The position numbers and the translations under genes were made by a program. Shown in pieces: positions 55,090 through 64,000 of a DNA stretch of 64,000 nt. The stretch comes from Camelus ferus. Taxonomy: Eukaryota. Numbering within the stretch: position 1 is the first letter of the stretch; every line of letters starts with the position of its first letter. Location of the stretch: contig NC_045696.1 in NCBI RefSeq assembly GCF_009834535.1, forward strand, positions 32,366,001 through 32,430,000, read 5' to 3'. The notes beneath the pieces were generated by a model. It had not been told where the DNA came from and made no database searches. It saw only the letters and a list, made by a program, of their open reading frames with translations.

Positions 55090-57379
55090 CTGTAAACTAT
55101 TCTGAGCTTTGCTTTCTAGACTTACTTATCTAAGAACTTCTTTGCTAAACCAAGACCAGTCTTATTCACACCAGTGTCATATCAATCCTTTCCAAGGAGA
55201 TAACATAGCTCAGATTCAGAGGAAAGATTTTTGCAAGTCACTTGTAGACTCAGAGTTTAATGAAACGAAGAGCAGCAAAGTGGGCAGATTGTCTAGAAGT
55301 GCCGTCGGTAGGTGTGAGTGCGGTCAATTAAAACTGTGAGCTGAATATGCATTTTCATGTGCCTAATGACTTCTGAAAATCATTTGCTGTGATGCATTAA
55401 ACCAGCCAATTTAAAGAATGATTGACCAAAGTAAAGAAATTGCATAGCCAATAAAATTGAAAACAAATTTGGGATAAATTGAGCACTGATCTTAGAAAAG
55501 CTGTTTGTGTGTAACATCCGCAAGAAATATTCATTATGAAGACATATCCACTGCATGCTGTTAAGTAAATTGTAAATTAAGGGTATAATATATGTGTGGT
55601 ACAGAAATGGATAACTTAAGACTTAGAGGCTATTTTAGTGCCTGGTTAACCAAACATTGATTTCCATGAAAAATGGAAACTGCAGAGAGGAAAGAAGCTT
55701 GTGGATAGTGGGTTGCACTTAATGTGAAAGTGTGCAAAATCAACTGCAGGTTAGTAGCTGGTCATTTCTGAAACACTTTGTAATGTGACAGTGGTGTTAT
55801 GTAAACTCAAAAATAAATCATTGTCTCAAGAGCCCTAAGGGAACTGGCACCATCTCTCCACCAGGATGTCTTCTTTTACAGCCTCATTACGCTTGCCAGT
55901 GATTCATGGGTGTTAGGCTTGACTGAGAAGGGTGGAAGGGGCTAAGGAACTCAGTATGCTATATTTCAACCATGCAAATGAGCATATTTCCCTGGGACTA
56001 AAAGGCAGCATTTCTAGAAGAAACGGATTAATCTCTGTCTATTCTTATTATCCTTCTGTTGAGATTTTCAAAGTAATGTAATCCATGAAAAAGCATTATC
56101 AGGATAGCGTTGCATTGCCTCTTTAGAGCTGGTCAGAGCAATTTTATCGAGTGGTGCCCTGACAGTGGACAAGCATAAGGATAACAAGGGGCAGAGGCAA
56201 TATGCGTGGAATGGAAATGGTTAAGGACTAAACCTCTTGGAAATCAGGTTTTCCAAGATGTCTTCTAGGGCACAGTCTTTGGCCAGGTTATGAGTCAGTG
56301 AATAGCATTCTTCCTTCTGGGATAGAGCAGGGTCCTGACACAGCATTAATAATAAACTCCTCTTTTTTATCAGAACTACTGATTCTTTTTGAGATTCTCT
56401 TTTTTCCAGGCCATTGTGGACATAGATTTGTGAGGGGGAAAAAGAGGGAGACCAATGTAGACTCTTATAACTCCACTAATAGGCAATAAGTAAATTGAGA
56501 CAATAATATTTTATTAGCATCTGTAGCACTGTCCCATGTGCCTGGCATATTGTAAGTGCTACAAAAAATGTGGCCCTAGACCTGTGAAAACAAAATTATC
56601 CTTTAAAAATTAAACTAAATTACAATATTTAAGCATAAATAATATTCTATCAGGCAGACTATCAAATTATGTTTAGGGAATCAAATCTGCAATTCTCTAG
56701 TAAAGCATTTAAATTCAGCTTTGCTATAATGCCATTGTATCCAGGGCTTCTGATAATATGATAATTATGTTATACTGAATATTCAATTAAACTAAAATGG
56801 TAAACATATACACATACAAAAGATAAATACACAAGTTTGTTCATTTTTGAAAATAGCAAATAGAGCTTCTCTCAGTTTCTAGAATACAAGTGATTTTAAT
56901 AAATTAAGCAGATTAAATATTATAGATAATTACTAAAGAGAGTACTGAGAACCATTAGTAAGCAGAACATAGAAAGCTTCTATGTATTTCTGGAAAAGTA
57001 TAGGAATTATATTACTAGTGACTCATCTAATATATTCACCTAATAAAACGGCAAGTGTAAAGTAAGCTTAAAAATACGTGTAATGCAGGGCAGGATAAAA
57101 AATATATATACATATATGATCCATCTATGTATTAAAAGGTAGTGTCTCGAAAAACATCAATATTCAAAACATAGCGATAAACTTTAAGTATGCAGAAACA
57201 CAAATCTGACTCCCATACATCAAATTTACTCCTCAGGCCAGACTTATTTTTGATCTTTGGATCTGTGTATCTAACTGCTAGTTGGTTATCACAACTTCCA
57301 CAGCATATGGACAGTTGAAGCTTGATAGGTAATAACAATTGAATCAATCATATTTTCTACTAACTTGCCTTCTCCTTGA

Positions 57380-57880
57380 ATATTTACTTTTTGGCACCAC
57401 CATTTAGAATAACCTACATCTGTCTCACCTTCTCTCCCAAATCCAGTTCATCAAATTAATCATTCCTATCACCACTGCCTTGGTGTAGGCCCTCACTATA
57501 TTTTGCTGGAGCATTACAAAAGCATTAATTACTAACTCATTCTCAACTCCAGACTTGTTCCTCTCAACACATTCATCCACCTATTGTAGAGCTCACCAAG
57601 CCACTCCCTTGCCTCAGAGTCATCGTGTAGCTACAGAGAATCCTCTGCAGCATAGCATCCTGAGCATACGTACCGTTTCCCATTCATTGCCTTTGATCAT
57701 GCTGCCACCTGCAGGTCCATCCCTCCTACGCCCCAGCACACACTATATCATTCATAATTCTGCATTTATTCATCTCTTTCTTGTTTAGACCATAAAAAAA
57801 ATCTTGTGCCAGAGCCATCTTTTATTCCAAGGGACTAGCATAGTTCTTGGTCTATAGCGAGTGCTGAATGGTTATTGAAT
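57380..57880 (+). mobile_element. L2 fragment including 3' end
   Basis: 'ttcctatcaccactgccttggtgtaggccctcacta...' through 'actagcatagttcttgg...atagcgagtgctgaatggttattgaatg'. Confidence 0.65.
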
Positions 57881-57924
57881 GGACTTTCTGAGCCATAGTT
57901 GGCAAGCACACTGACGGTGCTGAC

Positions 57925-58278
57925 ATTCTGAGATAATACTTGCAGCTAGAGCAGATTCTCTCCCAAACTCCCGTGGTTCAACAGAATAGCAGCTCCTTTC
58001 TTCGTCATCACCTAACAGTCTAACCTGAGTGTTGCATGTCAGAGGGTGGCTTTTCAGGACCCAAGTTCCTTCCATCTTGTAGCGTCACCATTGCGCAGGG
58101 TGTGGGAATCTTTTCCTTCTGGTCAGCAGAAGGAATTTGAGAAACTGGAAACGGACCAAGGCTTAAAAAGCCCTACATTGTAAGTGGAGTAAAGAAATAC
58201 AGTCATTGTCTGGGAAGCTACATCCACCGATACTCTTCCCTACGAATATTTGGGAGTTAGCTCTCCATCTCTACCACA
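57925..58278 (-). mobile_element. Old MaLR LTR (MLT1J/K-like)
   Basis: 'gtggttcaaca', 'ttcaggacccaagttccttccatcttgtagc', ending 'tctctaccaca'. Confidence 0.7.
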
Positions 58279-61200
58279 TGACTTAGGAAAGCAAGAACAT
58301 GTGTACTGTATTTCAGTGGAAACTAACACTTTCTGAAGGTGTTGGTAAAGGAGTAGATTTCAGTTATCTGGAGACGGTCCTTGTTTATAACTTTTTGTTA
58401 CCAACAACTCTGGATGGAATTTGAGGTAGCATCAGCCTTGGGAACGCTTTTCAGAAACAATGAAGCCCATACAACTTTTGTTTGGACCTTCAACAAACGT
58501 AGGACCTGCCCAATGAAATTAGGCATATGGAATAGCTCAGATCTCCCTGCAGTAATCACATTTTACCTTCTTAAAACCAGATGTTCCCCAGCACAGGGAG
58601 AGCTGCATGTTTGCTGAAGCAGGTGGAACGTCTTCAAATAGTTCCACTTTTCGCAGAATACCATTTCGAATAAAAGAGACAGTATTTTTTCTACCTTTCA
58701 AGATAGTGCCCACATTTCCCTTATCAAAGACATCTTTTTTGAAGAAATTGCTAAATTTCTTCATAGGAATATCAAATAGCTGTAACTTCAGTTGCCCACA
58801 CTCTTCCATTTGATATATGTGAAATTAAATGAAAAATCTGCCCAGTAGAGATCGGCAGGTGCTATATAAACACATCTGTAGGTCATTTAGAAATTACTAT
58901 CATCACTCTTTTCATTAAAGTGACATGTATATATTTAGAAACTACTTTTCAAAAACCTAATGAAAGACTGTCCTTGGTAACTTCTCTTTATGTACACCTA
59001 TAAATCAGCATTAAAATTCTCTACATGATGAAATACAGATTCTTGGCAAGGAAAAAAAAAGATTTTAATTTGTTTTACTATTTTTAAAAACTCCTGTTTG
59101 TTTATAGCATTTATACATTTGTTGTCACTGTATATGTGTAAAGGTGTTTCCTTCACATTTTCAGAGTTACACGGTTATGAATTTTCTGGTATCACATTTC
59201 CACTAACATTGAAACGATTGTATTACAATACAGAAAGAAACACATAGTTAAGGACATATCAAAATTCATACACTTACATCTACGAGGAGTGTAAGTTGTT
59301 CGTGTGAAGATTCTCAGGGCATCTCTATTGAGTTTATTGCATACTTTCAGTAAATCATTTATGCTGACATGGTGTCATGGATAAAGCCTGAATTTGTATG
59401 AGTTACAACAGCTGTTTTCTGCCTGAGCACTCAAAGTCTCACCAACGCCTGTGTTTCGCCCTGGATTCATGGAATCCCTAAGCTACCCAGCACTGCACAG
59501 GAGATGAGACATAAGCGTTTTAAGCAAATAATGGGTTTCTGTGATCATCTCACACGTGATTTCTAAATTTGATCCTTCTTGTATAGAGTTTTATATAAGG
59601 TCATTTCATAGCCTGTGTATATTGAGAAAGATAATGAACATGCATAATTTACTGAAACAGACATCTGTTAGAGGTAAATCAGTGAGGTCATTTTTATACT
59701 GAAATCTGTCGAGAAAGTCATGGAAACCAAATACTAACTTCTGATTAAAACACCTGTGGATTCAGTCGACAACACTTCATGTTGATCTGCACTGGAATTA
59801 GTTACAAAACACCAAGCTCTGCCAATGCTAACAAGTCAGAAGCTCGTTTAAAAATCCAGTTTAGCCTTTACACAAAGCATGCACATCTTAATATATGTAA
59901 TTTTCAGCTATTGATTATGTAAAGGGTTGTAATGCTTTGATTCTATATTTTTATGTAGACAACAGAAGCATTTGAGAGAATCTTTACATAGGTATCTTTG
60001 GTTGTTTTCATTCTGCATTGCCTTGTGTTTATAAGGTGAGCCAATAGGTAATATAAAAGTTAAAGGGATTGTTGAAGTTAACTATAAACCCTCCACCAAA
60101 ATGGACACTGAAGCCTGGAGAATTGTCTATGTTAAGACTTTATTAAATCAGAAAGCTTTTCAGAGACAGCATGTGCTGTACTTGTCTCATTAGAGTGATG
60201 TTACTGTTTTATGACTAAAAGGGGTAGATTTTAAAATATATATAATCCACAGAAAGCAATCCTCTGTATAAACTCTTCTTTCTATAGCATGTTTATTTTT
60301 GCCAATTAAATCTGGCAGTACCTATAATAAAAATGATTACAAAACTATGACCAAAATGTGCATTTATGTCTTATTTTTAGTTTATTTTAAAAATCGCAGT
60401 AGTTATATTTGAAGGTGAAAGCACAAGCTGTGTTTTCAAGACGCGTTTTTCCTCAGTAGAATTATGTCATGGGGAAACACTGCAGATATCCATCAAAGTG
60501 AAGCCTACAAGGACATAAGAGCTCGTTATTAGTGAACATTGTTTGTAACCTTCAGACGGCTTCAGCATTTCTGTCACAAAATGGCAAGCAGAATGAGAGA
60601 TTAAAGCCCATCATACCCTCAAAATTAACATCACTACATAAATTATGGCTTTTATATCAATCTAAAAGGATCTTTTTTTCTTACTTTAAAACAGTGAATT
60701 ATTACATCCTCCAATCTTTGTAATAAAATGTTACAGCAAGTTCAAGTTCAGTTAGGTCAGTGCTGGCTTCAGGTTAACATTATTGATTGAAACTTTCTAA
60801 AGCATCCTGGCAGATGCAGTGCAATAACTTCGGTCAGGAAACTAAGTCGAGGAACATAACATTGTGGTTCTGATGCTTGTTCTGGATGGTATGTTTGTTC
60901 CCATTGCAAGAACTTAGAAAAAAAGAAAGATAATTAAATGTAGGATTGTATAACATTGGTAAATGACAGAATGTTATTGGTCACATAGTGTTGCAAACTT
61001 TGGTAGCACATTTGCAATTAGATCTTTTGTTTATATTTTTAAGAAATAGTTTTGATAAATGAATATTTTATTCTTATATTTTAAGAAATCTAAAGCTTAA
61101 GAACGTGTAATGCTGTGATATATTTGCACTATATATTATACATACTATTTAGATATATATACTTTGTATTTTGAGAGCATATGTATATATAAATATACAT

Positions 61201-61363
61201 ATGAAATTATATATATACACACACACACAACTGGTATATATATATAGTACATAAGCATTCTTTATGGGTCAAGAAGCCTTTTTTTTTTTTTTAGCATTAT
61301 TCCCTCTTTTAAACAAGGTTGATGAGATGATAGAAAATGTTGAGATGAAGGCTGCAGTCTTCT

Positions 61364-61469
61364 TGCATTTAATTATGTTTTATTTTGGTGGGAAGAGGGT
61401 TTTATTTAATTTTAGAGGAGGTATTGGGGATTGAACCCAGGACTTCATGCATGCTAAGCATGCACTCTA
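61364..61469 (-). mobile_element. tRNA-derived SINE, camelid vic-1-like, 5'-truncated
   Basis: 'ggaggtattggggattgaacccaggacttcatgcatgctaagcatgcactcta' (B box GGTTCAATCC on the minus strand); TSD tgcagtcttct (61353-61363) / tgcaatcttct (61470-61480). Confidence 0.85.
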
Positions 61470-63689
61470 TGCAATCTTCTGTAATAGAAGAAAGCTTTTC
61501 TCTTTGCCACTCTGACTGATATGGTTAATGTGTGCATCTATGACCTTGACAATTTTCAACAAACATACTTGAAGTAAAGAGAACTATACTTCAGGCAAAA
61601 TATCATAACAATCAAAACCTTTGGTGGTTAAATTGACTAAAAATATTGGCCCATTATTCAATTTATTTCATTTCTGTTAGTAATAGCCTTGATTGACAGA
61701 GAGATTACTGGGTGCTTTTATTGAAATATATGGACAGAATTCAAGTTTAAAGAAAGTAATCTACAACTGATATTCTGAGGGGCCTATCATTAAGATGATA
61801 TGCCTTTGTGTTGTTTATCCATTGTTTATCCATGGAGTCGTAAACCACGGAGATGACATTTGAAAATACGTAAGTGGAAAATTCGAAAAGATAGAACAAT
61901 TTTCACCCTTTCAAGCACACATGTAGACCTGATATCCACTACAATGGGTAAACTCTCACATTTAAAAATTTAAATTGCACCATTTGAACTTTTTCCTCTG
62001 TGAGAAGCTCTCAGGCAGGTGAACATTCCTGTAATTGAAATCATCATGTGCATTCTGACCCTTATTGGGGAAGTTGTGTATTAGGTTCACACCAAGCAAT
62101 CATGGAAGCAATTATGGGCACTTGTCCTGGGGCTGCCACAGCCCAGGTGCTGCTGCCTGATTGTCATTTGGTAATTACCTTGGTACTTCCCAACTTCTCC
62201 TTAGCATCAGTTAACAATGCAATATACTTCAAGTGAAGTCGCCTTGGAAGTACAAGTAAATACTTAATTATTTAGTTTGTGGCTTCATATAGGTGCTGTC
62301 TGCTTCACCTGGAATGCACAGATGTATAATGAAAACTGCCTTTTGAAGAGACTTGCACAGAAGTCAAAATTGGAGGTGAAATCTTTGCCATTAGCCACAC
62401 AGTTCCTTTTGAAATCTAGAAGATACGTTAAATAATAGTGATGATAGAGGTATTGCCAACTTTAGGATTTTTTTCGAGTCTTTGAAGTCTGACTTTGCAG
62501 AACAGATTGTAACTCTCTGGCCCATTACACACCTGCGGAGATTTTTGGTGTTTTATTTCTCTTGGGTGAAACTGCAGAAGCCCAAACCGTGTTAATCATT
62601 GTCAGAACCAGTTGTATAAAATGCCAAAACGCAGTGAACCAAGTGTCTTATAATAAATATGACAATACAGTTAGAATGTTGTTTTGTTAGGCTTGTTATT
62701 TGTTGTAATTTTTCATTTATAATCTTGGAAAGGAGAAAGTTCTAAGGCTTTTATCAGAGAAAATTTTAACCACAGGGGAGATGTCACCATATTGTGTAAA
62801 TAAGACTTTAAGTCCTTATATGATAATTAATTCAGACCAAATAAATAAACTAATTTAATAGAAGTATTTGATTAAATGCCTTAAACATGCCTGTTTTAAA
62901 AATCTTTGATATCAAACCATTACTACTAAAATCTATATTTATCTGTCACTCTGTGAATGGCATATAATTAATACAAGAATTAATTTTTTCACTATATTAT
63001 TTCATATATATCTTTTATTTTATTGTCTTTCTTTTTCATTTACAACTCAATCTTAGATTTCTACCAAATAGCAAGTATAATAATTGGGTTGTGGAAAGAA
63101 TAATTTTAATCTTCTAACAGTGCTTTTATGTAAAATATACATTGAATTAACTAGATTTAAAATTATTACAGATAGCTTAGCTATGTCATTGGTTTTTCCT
63201 TACACAGTAAGTATCCTGGCATGTATTTTCAACTGATTTCTCAAAGGAAACATATTCTGTAAAAATAAATATATCATAGTATATCATAAACTGCTATGTC
63301 TAATTCATGATGGACAATTCAGATACATAATATCCAAATCAAGTAATATCCATCTATTTCACATTCATGATGATGTAATTTTAACAACATATTAATTTTG
63401 AGGAAGACTTTTCTCCCTATTGAATAACTATTTACATAAATGTAAAATAGTTTAAATTTACTTGCCATCAACATTTGTTTCTTGTTAACCAACTCATAAG
63501 CAAAATGCCTTATATTATTATTTGTTTCATAAATATTTATTTTGCATGTATCTGCCAGTAAGTAATACACAAAAGGCATGCAAAGAAATACAATACATTC
63601 TCCTGGGCTACAGAACTTTACTTTGAAGTACAGTGATACCAAGGCTGAGAAAATCACTTCTCTATGTTTCCGTGATGTTCAGACTATTT

Positions 63690-63850
63690 TGCAGTTGTCT
63701 GTTCGCTGCTTGGAGCCTTAACTCAAGATCATAAGCTTCTTGGGCAGCGACCGTATTTGTTCATCATTACATCATTAGCTCCCAGGATAGCTCCTGGCAC
63801 ATAATAAGGAATCAATCAATATTTCTTTTACTGAGTGGGTTAACTAAATG
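63690..63850 (+). mobile_element. L2 3' end
   Basis: 'taagcttcttgggcagcgacc...cctggcacataataaggaatcaatcaatattt'. Confidence 0.7.
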
Positions 63851-64000
63851 CTTAACTGCTTGTAAAAGTTGGGGGAAAGTTTATGTAGTATGAGTTCTTC
63901 TGTACCATATATATTTCTTAAGGTCAACATTATAGACCCTGCTATGCTGCTCTGCCTACTTTCAGCCCAGTGACTTGCATTAAAAGGAGTGAGATTCAAA

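Noticed and set aside
53997..58430. TGAGGTAG (let-7 5' seed-like) matches at ~53997 and ~58422
   Set aside because: No continuation into the mature let-7 sequence and no evident hairpin.
58855..58878. TATATAAA flanked by two E-boxes
   Set aside because: Short motifs in AT-rich DNA with no other promoter evidence.
6436..61832. Short tandem duplications (e.g. gttctttgtggtgt x2 at ~6436, gatatct x3 at ~22643, ttcttctatttctaaga x2 at ~34747, tgtttatccat x2 at ~61812)
   Set aside because: Ordinary replication-slippage duplications.
205..63657. Remaining 60-125 aa ORFs in the track
   Set aside because: F/L/I/K-biased compositions typical of translated AT-rich non-coding DNA or antisense repeats; many start at TTG/GTG, which is not meaningful in a mammal.

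Overview
This is AT-rich, CpG-depleted mammalian (eutherian) non-coding DNA, either intronic or intergenic; it is not prokaryotic. A tRNA-derived SINE resembling the camelid vic-1 family (61364-61469) and cetartiodactyl-type L1 3' ends point to a camelid (alpaca/camel). I saw no Alu, Bov-A/BovB, PRE-1 or CAN SINEs. I found no credible host protein-coding gene, RNA gene or CRISPR array. The only ORF-track entries with recognisable homology are L1 remnants. The recognisable content is mostly fossil transposons: L1, L2, MIR, MLT1/MLT2/MER21 LTRs, an ERV1-like solo LTR and MER20/MER5 hAT elements, plus microsatellites. The clearest structural observations are (i) a 210-bp near-perfect non-tandem duplication (1230-1439 = 3049-3258) that looks like a recent templated insertion into an old L1 fragment, and (ii) two independent 5'-inverted (twin-primed) L1 insertions with readable target-site duplications (TSDs). 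Weaker leads are candidate exons (a 15-nt microexon and a MIR-derived exon) and enhancer-like motif clusters. I cannot support a novel biological system here. Repeat family names come from recalled consensus sequences, and boundaries are approximate unless a TSD is given.
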